Assembly (NCBI RefSeq): GCF_009914755.1
Contig: NC_060929.1
Source of the DNA: the human T2T-CHM13v2.0 reference genome, Homo sapiens
Direction: 5' to 3' (one strand)
DNA: 64,000 nucleotides
The translations under genes and the position numbers were made by a program. Shown piece by piece: positions 41,334-56,426 of the stretch (within the stretch, counting starts at the first letter, position 1; each line of letters begins with the position of its first letter). The notes beneath the pieces are model-generated. The model did no database searches. It saw only the letters and a program-made list of their open reading frames with translations, and had not been told where the DNA came from.

Positions 41334-44300
41334 CTAGGTCTACACTGCTTTCCCCCAGAATGCCAGGCTCTGTTTCAAGAGTAAGGGGATTAGCAACCCA
41401 ATTTAAACACCTTAGTGATGGAGTGCTGCTTTAATTCAGATTTATTTAAAGCTTTGGAACACTGAACTTTGTTGTAGAAGCTTTACTTAAAATTCTGAGG
41501 TAGACTAACCTCCTTTTCTGAGTTCAATTTTAACAAGGAAGGCTATTTGAAGACTGCGGTCCTCGGTTTGTGAGGTCTGAGCATAAAAAGAAAATAAAAC
41601 CCTACAAGTTGGACCTTCTTATGTAAAACTAGACCTCATTCTTTTTAAAAGGTGTGACCTTGGATCATTAAAATTTTTCTGAAGAGAAGAAATCTGGGAT
41701 AGATAGCTTTCCTGATAAAATGTGCAGTCGAAATTGTAAGCAGCTTATGTGGTGCTCTATCATTTACGCTGTTTAAGGGGGCACTTAAATGAAAAGGAAT
41801 GTTTTAAAGTTAACTCAGCTGAATTCTATGTAGAACAGAATAAGCAATCCCCAGGGTGCACAGCTTTTGATGTGTTCTTCTGCTTCACTATTTATGGATA
41901 ACTTAAGAAAACAGTGCCACCTTCCATTTTGAGGGGAGTGGAGTAGGTGGGCGATTCTGTGCTGTGCAACCATAGAACAAAAGACATAGCACATTTAAAT
42001 AAAAATAAAATAAGCAAGTATTATTCATACAACAGTGCCAAAAAGAGTGAGCCCTTTGTTCTAGTCATCAGAGTTTGTGGGTTTGGGTTTTCAGGGTAGA
42101 CAAACACACAAGTAAACACTTTTTTTTTTTTTTAAAGAGGTAAATGGGTAAATAGAGGGGAAGATATTTGAGGATATGAGCAGGGCAAATAGTAATAAGA
42201 CTTTTAAAAAATCTTGTATTTGGATTAACAGTGAAACCTAATGATTGCTTTAGGAACTGTGAGTATGAAAGACTAGGTAGGATTAAGTAAAATTGTTTCT
42301 TTCAGAGAAAAAGAAGCATTGATTATTAGTGAAGGTATAAACTCACATGATGTGAATTTTCTTTTGTGGATATATGTAAAATATTAGGTAGCTCTTAGGC
42401 AATTGGACATTACAGGAAAAAGACTTTTTAAGATAAAAAATAGTCAAGTATCTGTGCCAATCCATAGCTCTTTGTAAAGTATAATTCCCTCTTGTTATTC
42501 TTTAAATACTAATTGGATTTACAAAACAATGGACGGTACCAATCTATCAATACATATATTACCCTGCATGATGAAATTTGGTCAGAAACAAAGGTATGTC
42601 TGAGAAAAGAGGGCTGTTAGATAACAAAAAAAGTTAGATAAAACAACAGCATGTTAACTAGCAATATAAATATAAATCTTTTTTTAGTATGGTAATATGA
42701 CTGAAGATTTCTCAATATCTTTATTAAGAGAAATGCCACCCCCTTCCCACCATAGGGTGTTGAAAAACATGAAAATAAATGACCCCCTAAATTTCATAGT
42801 ACTTTCTAAGAAATATTTTTAGATGATACACTGTTAAAAATGATAAGAGCTTTTTATACTTGATTATGATCAAAATCAAACTCATTTCCTTCATGCAATG
42901 TTAGCCTATATTTCTAAAGGCAATATGAACATAATTGCCAATAGAGTTTGTCCACCAATTTATAGCTGTCAATAAGATTTCCATTTGGATAGGGAATTTA
43001 TAAACTCAACAGTTCCTAGTCATTGCAGTGATGTTGTATGTAGCACCTGGCATGCAGTATGCTCAGAGTAATGAGCCCATTCTGCAACTTACTCTATCAG
43101 AACTCTGCTATGGGCTATCACAGATATATAAAATATTTAAAGACACCTATTTTCCCCTCCATTTAGTGTGTATTATAAAATAGTTGGATACTCTACTAAA
43201 AGCATATCTCTCTGCCTTCATAAACAGTTCTGGAAAGAAAGCAAAAGACATTTAAAGCATCAAAGAGGCTGATGAATAGGGATGCCAGGATATTCAAATA
43301 CATTTAGAGACAGTATTGTCAAGCTTGTTTTCTGAGCCATGATACTAAAGATAGTAGGAGCCAGCAAAGAAAAGAACTCTGTAGAAATGCAAATCTCTTC
43401 AATGTTGAATCTATTAATCCATCGCACACTTTCTTCTGAATCATACTTACTCAGATGTACAGGCAACAAAAAGTATTTAGAATATTTGCATAATTTCAAA
43501 CACCCAGTTCATAAATTATTTATTGGTTGTGGTCAAATGAATGTTAGCTATTTCATAATTATCTTTTGTGCAAAAGGTTGCATGGTTTACAAAAATATTT
43601 CAATGGCAATTGAATATCTCTAGCTTGCCTAAACAGTGCAAAAAAATAAATGGTACTTAATTATGTAGCACTGATGTACATTTTTCTCATGTTCAAAAAC
43701 TCAGAAAAATTACACTTAATTTGTACATGTATTTTAAATGAACATCAGGTATTTACAGTAAAAAACTCATAAACTACATTTTAAGATTAGGCCAAAGCAT
43801 TAACAAATAACATCACAATATGTGATATAAGTCAAATAATCAGGCAACTATATGTCCTAAGACTTAGAGTCATAAATTCATAAATCCGTCGAACAAGTAG
43901 TGGCTTCAGGAATCACTGGTTTGACATCTCATTTTGAAAAAAGCTGAGAAAATCATGACCATGGAATTTTATTGCCTTACCTGTGATTCAAGTGCCAGGA
44001 CTCTAACTATGGTTCTTGATCTAAACCATTTTTTTCCTGCACCACATGGGCTCTATGATTTTAAAAATCATATTCCTTTTTATTATAATGATTAAAATCT
44101 TAGGACATTCTTGAAGGCAAAATGGCCACATTTGAATTTGCTAGATAAATCACAAAGACCAATATGCTAAAGCGAAGGGGTAGGTGGTACACCTTAAAGA
44201 AACGATCTGTAAACGCAGGTTGTATCCATACAAATTTGGTTCAGAGAAAGACAACAATTCAAAATCAAAATCAAAATGAGTCTTTTGAAGGATATAATTT

Positions 44301-44467
44301 ATATTATGTGACTAGTGGGCAGGTATTTTCTCTTTGGATGCTGGATTTTGGAGCTTTGTAAATTTTGCTTAAAGACAAGATATACTTCATGCTGAGAGAA
44401 GGAGAGATGGCAAGCTCTTACTTATGCAACAAACTTTAAAAATGCATTCAGCACCATGCTAGGTATG

Positions 44468-44863
44468 TGCATTAGTGGGCTAGGGCTGCCATACAAAATA
44501 CCACAGACTGGTGGCTTAAGTGACAGAATTTATTATCACACAGTTCTGGAGTTAGGAAGCACAAGATCAAGGTATCAGAAAATTTGGTTTCTAATGAGGT
44601 CTCTCTTCAGCTTGCAGATAGCTGCCTTCTCGCTGTGTCCTTATGTGACCTTTTCCTCTTTTCCATTAGAGACTAGAAATCTCTAGTGTCTTTTTCTCTT
44701 CTTATAAGGACACCAGTCCTACTGGATTAGGGCCCCATTATTATGACTTCGTTTAACCTCGATTATCTCCTTAAATGCCCTCTCTCCAAATATAGGCACA
44801 TAGAGGTGAGGGCTTCCACATATGAATTCTGATGGAGGGGAGGACACAGTTTAATTCATAACA
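44468..44863 (-). mobile_element. MLT1 (A0/B-like) solo LTR
   Basis: tgcattagtgggctagggctgccata...tcttataaggacaccagtcctactggattagggccc...cataaca; exact 5-bp TSD gtatg. Confidence 0.9.
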
Positions 44864-44934
44864 GTATGGAATATAAAGACGCAGACATCATGGATCTGGA
44901 TGTCGTAGTTTGATTATTAAGGTTTATATTTTCA

Positions 44935-45485
44935 CCTTGTTGAGGAAAAAACAACCACAAATATTTTGGTAACATACAACAATAAACATTTACCTCTGTC
45001 TAATGTGTCTACAGGTCAGTTGGGACAGGTGTGCTTTACACATTTGATTTTAAAGAAGGATCAGGGATAGAGTTAGGTAGGAGAGGTACCTAGGACACAA
45101 AATTTAAGAAGGAACTCATCTCAGAGGTGTGCAAGTACAGTGATGGCATTCGCAAGACTCTGAGAGTAAGTGCCTCCTTAAATTTTGTGCCCCATGCATC
45201 TCATTTGTCTCACCCTAGTCCGGGCTCTGTTCTGGACCCCAAAGTATGGAGGCAGTAGCCACTTGGAACATTTTCTTCTCACAGTAGAAGCCAGAAGCTG
45301 CTAAAGGGGTGAGTTGAAATCCACAATGCCCCTTCAAATCTAAGCTAAAACTAGCCTTGTCACCTCCACTTACACTAAATTGGTCAAACCAAGATCATGC
45401 TAGGTATGGGAATACAAAGAAACAAGACAGAAGGCTAGGCCCAAGATTGATGAGGTGGAGAAGCATAGTTCTCCCATGGAGATGG
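44935..45485 (-). mobile_element. Old MLT1 (J/K-like) LTR hosting a MITE
   Basis: aacaaccacaaatattttggtaacatacaacaataaacattta...ttggtcaaaccaagatcatg...ggcccaagattgatgaggtggagaag. Confidence 0.6.
45062..45229. mobile_element. Palindromic hAT MITE (MER96/MER91-like)
   Basis: caggg...ctctg termini; arms cacaaaatttaagaaggaactcatctcagag / ctctgagagtaagtgcctccttaaattttgtg are imperfect inverted repeats. Confidence 0.8.
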
Positions 45486-48072
45486 TGCTTTCATTATCCA
45501 GTGGGGTATAACAAACCACCCCAAAGCACAGGGGCTCTAAGTAATGGTGATTTATTACTGCTTAGAATCTTGTGCTGACTGAAATCAGCTGGGCAGTGTT
45601 TTTGCTCCATGTGGTGTAGCTGCAATCATGTATATGCCTGCATTCAGCTAGGAACTCACTAGAACTAGAGCATCTAAGATGGCTTCTCATCTTCCAGGGC
45701 CTCTCACCACATGATCCTCATAATTCAGTAATTTAGCGTGAGCTTTTTCCAGTCAAGTAACTGACTTCCAACTTATCTTCCAGGAAGACAAGTCCCAAAG
45801 TGTAAGGGCTTATCAAACTTCTGCTTGCATCACACTTGGTGATGTCCCTTTGGCAAAAGAAGTCACATGCCCAATATAAGAGTCAATATGATAGAGGAAT
45901 ACACAGGAGCATGGATAAATCTAGTTGTGGTTCATTGGGGAACACCAATATGATGGTAAACCACAGATCACCCTTTTGTCCCTAATGATTCACATTCATT
46001 TCACTTGTAAAATATACTCCCTTTCAAGATTCCCAAAGTGTAATCACATTTTGTTACGAAACACAAGCTTGAACTTTGTTTTAGTCTCTTTGTGATGCTG
46101 TAGCAAAACACCTGAGACTAAGTAATTTATAAAGAAATGTATTTACTCACAGTTCTGGAGCTGGTAAGTTCAAGATCAGAGCTCCAGCAGGTTGGTATCT
46201 GGTGAAGACTTCAGACTCTGGTTCCAAGATGGTACCTTGAACACTGTGTCCTCACATAGCAGAAGAGACAGAAGGACAAAAAAGGCCTGAGCTAGTTCCC
46301 TCTAGCCTTTTTAAAGGCACTAATTCATTCATGAGGGCAGAGCCCTTATGATTAATCACCCGTAAAGACTCTACCTCTTAATACCATCAAAATGGGGATT
46401 AGGTTTCAACATGAATTTTGAAGTGGACACAAACATTGGAACCATCAAAAACTTCTGAATTTTACCAGTTAAATCAGGTGTTGGTACAATGAGATGTCTC
46501 AGATGTGGTGCCTTATGTGTAGCTTCTTAGATATTGTTCCTTAGGCATGACTTCTTGGATAGCAAATGTTTGAAAACTGAAAAGATAGGTTATTTGCTCC
46601 ACACATACTTGATGCACAATGGGACAGGATAAGCACAGTAGAGGTTCTCGTTTAAAAAGAGGCAGAATTGAAGGCACATACTAGTATTGTCCATGGCAAT
46701 ACATTTAACCAATCCTATTGGGTAAATGTCTTCAGTTTCCCTTGTTTTGGGACTTTTCCTTGATTAAAATTCGATTATGCATATTGGTCATGGTTCTCCT
46801 ACCCATTACTCATGGCTGCACACTTTTGACTCTTAGCTTCACCCTCTCAGCTCTTGGCTTTGCTTTCTGACTTATCTTTCCTTATCCATGAGGAATGACA
46901 TATATTTGCAGCTGAAAAAAAATTTCCAGCCTGTTTCCTGTCTGCAGAAAGCTGGGGGCCCAGGTACACCTTTTAATTTTAAACATTTCTAACAAAAACT
47001 GATTCAACTCCTTTGAATACCTTATGGGTTTTCTATATTATCAAACCATAATTTACTCAGGTAGGTTGAAACTACACTCATACATCTCTTCAAGACCAGC
47101 TCATCTCTACTGGAGGCTGTCTGCTGTGGAACAACACCCTGAGAATTCTAAGATGCCATATAGGTCTTTAAATCATTACCTTAAATCTTTTGAGGTTTCA
47201 ACAAAGTATATTACATCTTCATCTTTAATTTGATCTTGATCTCAAAGTCATGTTTTTTGGTGGCACTCTGGATTTTTTTTTTTTTGCCCTAAAATAGTTT
47301 CTTAATTTTTTTTTTCCACCTAGAGAAGCTGAAAATAAGAAAGATTTTCATTTTTTCACTCACGGAGTTCTGGATTGGAAATATCCTCTTTAAATTGTGC
47401 TTGGAAATCGACCAATTCTATCTTTAGTTCAACTATCTTTTACAATACCTTATCAGAAGAGGCTAAAGGAATCAATTGACATATTCAGCATTCTACCTGG
47501 AAATATCCATAAGTTTCTTAAGCATATTTTCTATATTCAAAGTTCTCACAGGCAACAATCTCATTTATCTTTCCACTAACAAAAGATTCTTCTTTCTACA
47601 AGCTTCATCCACACTTTCTTAACTGGTTTTCAAGCCTCTACCAAACAATCTCTTTGCCGCCTTCAGGTTTCTACTCATTTGCTGTTCCCAAGGTCAATGC
47701 CACGTGTTGTAGTTTTTGTTATATAGAATCCCATTTCTGGCACCAATTTCTGTATCAGTTATACATTGCTGCAGAAAAAAAAAATCCAAACCTATAGCTT
47801 AAAAAACAGTGTTTATTATTTCTCATGATTTTTTGGGTAGTTATTTTGCTTCATATGGTATAACTGGGGTCACTCAAACATATGCTTTCAGATGAGAACT
47901 CAGTGCCAGAAAGTCTAAGATGGCTTTTCTTCCTTTTGGGTTTCTCACTGGGTGTGTAGCCCCAGTTTCTTTATGGTATGATATCTGTACGGTGGCTGCC
48001 TTTCATGGGGGTGAGTTCTGAGAGGAGACATGCCAATGTACAAATGTTTATCAAGCTTTTGTTTGTATTACA
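45486..48072 (-). mobile_element. MaLR provirus (MLT1G/H-like): LTR about 45486-45965, internal about 45966-47750, partial second LTR about 47751-48072
   Basis: Two homologous LTR copies share tttgct..atgtggt, tctaagatggctt and ttatcaa.ctt.tg.ttg.at.aca; MaLR internal boundary ttctggcaccaatttc|tgtatcagtt. Confidence 0.78.
46077..46449 (-). mobile_element. MST (C/D)/MLT1A-like solo LTR inserted in the MaLR internal region
   Basis: tgttttagtc...acctgagactaagtaatttataaagaa...cattcatgagggcagagccc...ttcaacatgaatttt; 5-bp TSD aactt. Confidence 0.88.
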
Positions 48073-48549
48073 GGCAGTTTTGAACATCTGGAGGCCTGAT
48101 TTATTGGAGATTGCAAATGTACAGTGTAACATAGCTGTGGAGAGGTAAGGGAGTGATTATCTGCCAATCAATAATCCCATTTAACACAATTTATGAATTA
48201 TGTTGGTTTTCAAAAAGTTTTTTCTGCCGTGTTCATTTTGATCATTTTACTCCTTCTTGTCGGGAATTGGTCTACCTTATCAAAGAAGACAAAATTTTTA
48301 TAATACTAAACCACCAGTCTGTGCTTAGAGGCAGGACGTCTTAGGAAATCCTTTCCTCTCCTTTCTGACATTAATACAGTCAAGGCTGTCTTCTCTTAGT
48401 TGCTTTGTGAGGCAAAGGAAAATAAAGGTGATGAAATGCTAGTCACTAATTTGTACTCAAGCAAAATATTTGGTTGAGAGAGAACTTAAAAATTTAACCA
48501 CAACAAAACTTGTAAGAGTTTTTGTCTTAAAAATAACTTAATTCTCACA

Positions 48550-49375
<826 letters not shown>

Positions 49376-51530
49376 TTTTCCACAAATACATAAAAAGACC
49401 AATAATTGGGTGATTTTTAATCAATTTAAATTTAATTTTTAAATTTTTAAAACAAACCTGTCCTCAATTCTGTTGCTCTCATTTTCATTATCATCATAAC
49501 CATTATCATCATCTTCATAACTCATGGAAAAGTAAATAAAATACGCAAAAATATTTAAAGGTCATATGTAAAGAGTTTTATGCCAGACTTGGAGGCTTAG
49601 CAAATGGCCTTTTATTTTGGGGAAATCAGAAAATAGAAGACCTGCAAGGGACATTAGATTAAAACTTGTGTCTGACTTTGACTGGAAGAGATTAAAAAAA
49701 GGGAAACATTGCTTACATAGAAAACATTTGCCCTATTAATTGCTGTATCTACTGATGATGTATATTTATCTCGGATGCATATTTATCTGCTTGATCTACT
49801 GATGATCCTACTATTGTAGGGAAAAAATAGGGCAATTCAAAAAGGATATTTAGATACAATCATTATCTAAAGCTCTTAATCACAATAAATGTATTAAAAA
49901 TTTTGAACTCCTAGGAGTGTGATGATAAAATACATGTTGTAGAACTGTCTCCATTTATGTTGTAGCTAATTTTTTCACCTAATTCATACCCAGATGTTCC
50001 CAGATACATGACAACATTTGGGCCTCTTTATAGTCTTTCTCCTGATATGATATGATATTAAGGCAAAAACAGCTCTAACGTTCACATTATCTCTATTGTG
50101 GCCTATTATTAATTCAGGAAATGTGATCATATAATTAATGTATTTCTAAAACAAAGCTTCATTGTAATCTGCTTTCAGTGTCATCATAATTTCAAAACAT
50201 GTTATTGAAAGGTACTATGGTATAAATGGTTAATTTTGACCAAAAAAATTCAAAATCAACCTCTGTGCTCTAATGGGAGAAGGAAGGAATTCCCAAGAGT
50301 TTTTGTTAATACGTTAAATACTACATTTCTTTTGAACTTCCCCAGTGCCTTCTTATGGTAAATAGCTACTTGAACAGAGGTATAGTTTCTATTCCTGTTA
50401 AAGTATGAGTCATATCAAAATTTAATCAAGTAAGTGAAAGGTAAAAATGTCATCACACTTCTAAAATTGCTGTCAATATTTCACACCTGTATGGAAAGCA
50501 GATAGATGTCTAAGCAGCAGCTTGATAACATTCCAAACTGCAACCTCTAATTAACTCACCTTTTGAATTATTAGCGAGACTCCACTGCGACCCATGCAGC
50601 CTTTGGCAGGGAGCCTGACAACAAAATGCATGTCTAAAATACCAAGGAGGGGGAGAAGTGCTATATTATTTGGCACAAATATTATCATCCACCTGTGAAG
50701 AGGGAATATGCTTTTCCACTTTGCTTATTATAGATGATTTACTAGTTATATGCTCTTGGCTTCATCTCCATAAATTATACTATAATCATTCAGCCTAAGG
50801 GATAATGGTAAAACTATGGTTGATATACTCAATACGGTAGGGAAAGTTAATTAAATTAGATAAAAATATTTCAATGATATTTACATGCTCTCAATATTTA
50901 GAGTCTGATACAAACCATGAAATTTGTATGGAAGAGTCTATAGAGCATACAGTTTGTATTATGAGACTAAAGCTGACTTAGACACATCTGGAACTTGGAA
51001 CAGAGAAAACCCATGTCATGTAATAATTTGATAATGCAAGTATTTGAGGATTTAGTTTGTCTCTTGATAAATTAATAAGGAGGCTTCACTACAAATACAG
51101 TGTGAGAAAGTGGTGGTCACTAAAGTTCTATGAGGCTGATTATTTTAAACAGCTTAGAATGATAAAATCACTTACTTGAGGCAATGCACATCGTGTAAGT
51201 CTTTTTGTAATATTTTTTCTTCAAAAGTGGCTGGAACTAATTTTTTTTTATTTTTCCACCAGTAGTAATTCTTTTGTTAATCTATTAAAGGAAATCTAAG
51301 AGCATCTATTGTATTGAGAAAATGTTTATTATGAGTGCTAGAGATTCAGTCATATACCAAATATTAATACTCTAGTAACAAAATGTTTTACTAGTATATA
51401 TGAACATGATTAAAATGACAACCCCAGAGAAAACTAGCAAGGTGTTATTTTGATAGGTTTCTTTGAAAGGAGAAGGAGATGATGTAACCTAATATATTTT
51501 ATAAGAAATGATACAAACTAAAACTATATA

Positions 51531-51777
51531 TTCCTTTTATTCTCCCTCCCCATCCCTCCCCCACTCCTTCCCTCCCTCCTTTCTTTCTTTCCTTCCTTCC
51601 TTCCTTCTTTCCTTCCTTTCTTCCTTCCTCCCCTCTTCCTCCCCCTTCCTACCTTCCTCTCTCCCTCCCTCCCTTCATTCCTTCCTCTCTTCCTCCTTCC
51701 CTTCATTCCTTCCTCTCTTGCTCCTTTCCTCCTTTCTTCTCATCCTCCTTCCCTCCTTTCCTCCCTCCTTTCCTTTT
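51531..51777. repeat. About 245-bp polypyrimidine (TTCC/CTCC) tract
   Basis: Read directly; very few purines. Confidence 0.95.
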
Positions 51778-51842
51778 ATTGTATTATCTATATAGCAATG
51801 ATAACTATTATTATGATCATTTCTTTTTCTTAAGATTTTCCA

Positions 51843-53640
51843 TTTTAATTTTATTTATTTATTTTTATTTCAATAGTTTTTGGGGTATAAGTGGTTTTTT
51901 ATTACATGACAAGTTACATGGTGTTGAATTCTGAGATTTTAGTGTACTGGTTACCCAAGTAGTGTACATGGTACCCCATATGTAGTTTGTATCCCTCACC
52001 TCCTCCCATCCTCCCCCTTCTGAGTATTCAAAGTCCATTATACCACCCTGTATGCCTTTGCATACCCATAGCTTAACTCCCACTTATAAGTGAGAATATG
52101 AGGTATTTGATTTTCCATTCTTGAGTTACTTCACTTAGAATAATGGCTTCCAGATCTATCCAAGTTGCTGCAAAAGCATTTTTTCCTTTTTATGGCTGAG
52201 TAGTATTCCATGGTGTGTATATACCACATTTTCTCTATCTACTCGTTGGTCAGTGGGCACTCAGGTTGGTTCTGTATCTTTGCAATTGTGAATTGTGCTG
52301 CAATAAACATACAATGTGCATGAGTGTTTTTCATGTAATGGCTTCTTTTCCTTTGGGTAGATACCCAGTAGTGGGATTGCCAAATCGAATGCTGAATTGA
52401 ACAGATCTACTTTTTGTTCCTTAATTAATCTCCATACTGTTTTCCATAGAGGTTGTACTAATTTACATGTCCACCAGCATCATATAAGTGTTCACTTTTC
52501 CTTATATCCATGCCAACATCTATTGTTTTTTGAGTTTTTAATAATGGCCATTGTTGCAGGAGTAAGGTGATATCTCATTGTGGTTTTAATTAGCATTTCC
52601 TTGAGGATTAGTAGGCTGTTGAGCATTTTTTCATATGTTTGTTGGCCATTTATATATCTTCCTTTGAGAAATGTCTACTCATGTCCTTTTCCCACTTTTT
52701 GATTGGATTATTTGTTCTTTTCTTGATGATTTGCTTGAGTTCCTTTTAGATTCTGGATATTAGCCCTTTGCTGGATATATAGTTTGCAAACATTTTTCTG
52801 CCATTCTGTGGGTTGTCTGTTTACTCTGCTGATTATTTCCTTTTCTGTGCAGAAGCTTTTTCATCTAATTAGGTCCCATTTATTTATTTTTGTTTTTGTT
52901 ACATTTGCTTTTGGGGTTTTAGTCATGAGTTCTTTGCCTAGGCCAATGTCTAGAAGAGTTTTTCTAAGTTATCTTCTAGAATTTTTATGTTTTTCTGTCT
53001 TAGATTTAAGCTTTTGTCCTATCTTGAGTTGATTTTTGTGTAAGGTGAGAGATTGGGATCCAGTTTCATTCTTCTACATGTGGCTATTCATTTTTCCCAG
53101 CAGCATCTACAAAACAGGGTGTCCTTTCCCCAATTTCTGTTTTTGTATGCTTTATTATAGATCAGTTGCTTGTAAATATTTGGCTTTATTTCTGGGTTCT
53201 CTCTCCTGTTCCGTTGGTCTATGTGCCTACGTTTATACCAGAAGCATGCTGTTTTGGTAACTATAGGCTGGTAGTATAATTTGAAGTCCAGTAGTGTGAT
53301 GCCTCCAGATTTGTTCTTTTTACTTAGGACTGCTTTGGCTGTTTGGGCTCTTTTGGCTTCATACAAATTTGGAAATTGTTTTTTCTAATTCTGTGAAACA
53401 TGCTATTGGTATTTTGATAGGAATTGCATTAAACGTGTAGATTGCTTTGGATAGTATGGTCATTTTCACAATATTGAGTCTTCAAATCCATGAATATGGG
53501 ATGTGTTTCCATTTATTTGTGTCATCTGTGATTTCTTTCAGCAGCGTTTTGTGGTTCTCTACTTGTAGGGATTTTTCACTTCTTGTTTCAGTATATTCCT
53601 AGGTATTTTATTTTTATTTTTTGCAGCTGTTGTAAAAGAG
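51843..53640 (-). mobile_element. 5'-truncated L1PB/L1PA16-type LINE, about 1.8 kb
   Basis: 3' end tttcaatagtttttgggg...tgaattctgagattttagtg; ORF 53088-53366 reads [38 protein letters not shown] (L1 ORF2). Confidence 0.95.
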
Positions 53641-54867
53641 ATTTGTATGTCCTGCCTCCTGAAAAAAAATAGAAAATCCTTTTTTGGTTATATGATGAAG
53701 GACAAAAATTGCTGAATTTGAGGGAAAGGGACAGAAATCATTATAAAAATATAGTCTGTGAGAGATGAGTTAGAAATATTCCTTTACCCATATATGATTT
53801 CAGAATTACAATATGAGAGGTTTTGTTGTTGTTATTGTTTTTGTTTTTCTAGTTCAATCACAAGGTTATATAAACACTTCTGTCCTCTGTTCTGGGACTC
53901 TCTCTTAAGAGAACCCTGCTCCTCATCTATCAAATATACAGATATGTAGTTTAAATCCATTGTTTTAGAGTGAGACTGCCTGGCTTGCTTACTTCCTGAA
54001 TCTTTTTTTAATTTGCTGCATTATATACTCTTCATGGTCCCAAAATATTTCATGTAGCCTATATTTCACTATTTCTTTCTCCAGAGCAGTAGCACGTATC
54101 TACCATTTCACACTGAAAAGATTGTCACAAATTGAAAAAAAGTCTAGTATGAACATGATCAGTTAAAGAACATGATTTAGCTAATGATGTTTAAGAATAT
54201 GACATCTACTTTTATGGGTAAAATAACATTATACTGCTATTAGGTCTTTCTATATTAATCTGGAAATTAAAAAGCACTAGGCTTCATTGAGATTTCCTCC
54301 TTTTTAGAAGAGGATTGACTGACTTTTCCCAAAAAGCCATATTCAGTTCTAAGTCTTAGGCCTTTAAATGGCATTATACCCATGTTATGGTTTCTAAACC
54401 AAAGAATTTCTCTTTTCTGCTAACCTCTTGAGGTCACAGTGGTGGTTTGAAGTCTAAGCAGCAATTCTGTTCAAAGAGTAACTCACAGCAGGATGTGTGC
54501 AATAAGGGTATTCGTGATTCCAGTATTCACATATATTCCATTTTGCTTTTTAGAAAGTTTGGTTCTGAGGCTACTACAAAGGCAACACTCTTGAAACATG
54601 TCATTTTCTATACCTCCCTCTACTGAAAGCCTTATATAATGACATTGGAGCTGTATTACTCAAATTTTCATTGCTACAATGTCATTTTAGAACACTCATT
54701 GGAGTCCTTGATCCTCATGTGCCCTTTGCTCTAGAGTACCTTCCATTCACCCTTGAGAAGGGGTTCAAGGGTCACTCATTGAAAGGAGCTGGCTCTTCAA
54801 GCCAAGGACCATCCCTTTAACATGGACATTTTTCTGAATAGTGGGTAGAATATAATAGGAGTTGTAT

Positions 54868-55095
54868 TTTGTAGAATGGACTTAAGAACATGAACTCTGA
54901 TTCCTGACTGCCTGGATTTGAGTCTTTTCTCTACCACTTATTCGTTGCTTGAATTTAGGCAAATTTCTTAAACTCTTTGTATGTCAGTTTCTTCATCTAT
55001 ACTAGCATCATAAGAGTGATGTGAGATTTAAGTTAATGTATACAATGGCCAATGTCTAACACATCACAGTGCTGTATAACTCTTATCATTATTAG
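54868..55095 (+). mobile_element. MIR
   Basis: ttaagaacatgaactctg...gactgcctggatttgagtc...ggcaaatttcttaaactctttgtatgtcagtttcttcatctat. Confidence 0.85.
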
Positions 55096-55334
55096 TGTTG
55101 TTCTCATCAGAATATGTATCTGCCTTTCTTAGTGTTTCCCAGATATTCAATGACAAATTTATTTCCATATCTGATGAAGTTACCCAAAATCTAGGACTAG
55201 GCTTTATGCAATTGAAAAGGGAGAGGAAGAATTATTTTATTAAGATTGCTTCTACTGCTGATGTACCAGGTCAGCAAATCGTGACATAAAATATAGATTT
55301 TTTAAAACTTAAGAAGTGTAACGGATATTTTTTT

Positions 55335-55920
55335 AAAGTTTAGCAAACATATATTGTGTTCACTGTGTACAGGACTACTGCTATTGCAGGGGAGGCAGAC
55401 AAAGATGACTCAGATAGGAATTGTTGTCAGTGAACTTACAGAAAAGTAGGAAGGTATAATGTATAAAAGGAACAATAATATGAAGGGAAAATTATGAATG
55501 CCTTCAGAAATAATTCATTTTTTTTCCTGTGGATTTAGAAAAGTGAGAGTGAGTAAAGGGCATGTTTGAAGTGTGGGATTTCTTAGAGAAAGTGGCATTT
55601 AAGTAGTCCAGGCTGAATACAATTCCTACATATGGAGAAAAAGAACTGTGGTCATGAGGAAGACTGCTGGAACAGTGGCTGGAAATATGAACTATGTACT
55701 TAGACCATCAGCTCAGCTTGCTTGAGCCAAGAATCTCTGATGAGAAATAAGTTTGAAGTGGTAAGCCAGAATTAGATCATGAATTGATCTGAATGTTAGG
55801 GTAAAGATTTTTTGTTTTGTTTTGTTTTGATCAACATTAAGTTGTATACGACCAAGTATGAAGCAAGGTATAACAATGAAAATTAGCACCTTTGCTTTAA
55901 AGAATCCTACAGTCAAGAGG
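55335..55920 (-). mobile_element. L2 relic (3' part)
   Basis: tttagcaaacatatattgtgttcactgtgtacaggact...; purine-rich reverse-L2 pattern. Confidence 0.6.
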
Positions 55921-55945
55921 CAGGATTAAAAATATACACCAAATC

Positions 55946-56426
<481 letters not shown>

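Noticed and set aside
51508-51795. Pro/Ser/Phe-rich and Arg/Gly/Lys-rich ORFs
   Set aside because: Artefacts of the stop-free polypyrimidine tract.
54749-54772. acccttga...tcaagggt 8-bp hairpin
   Set aside because: Short isolated stem, within chance expectation.
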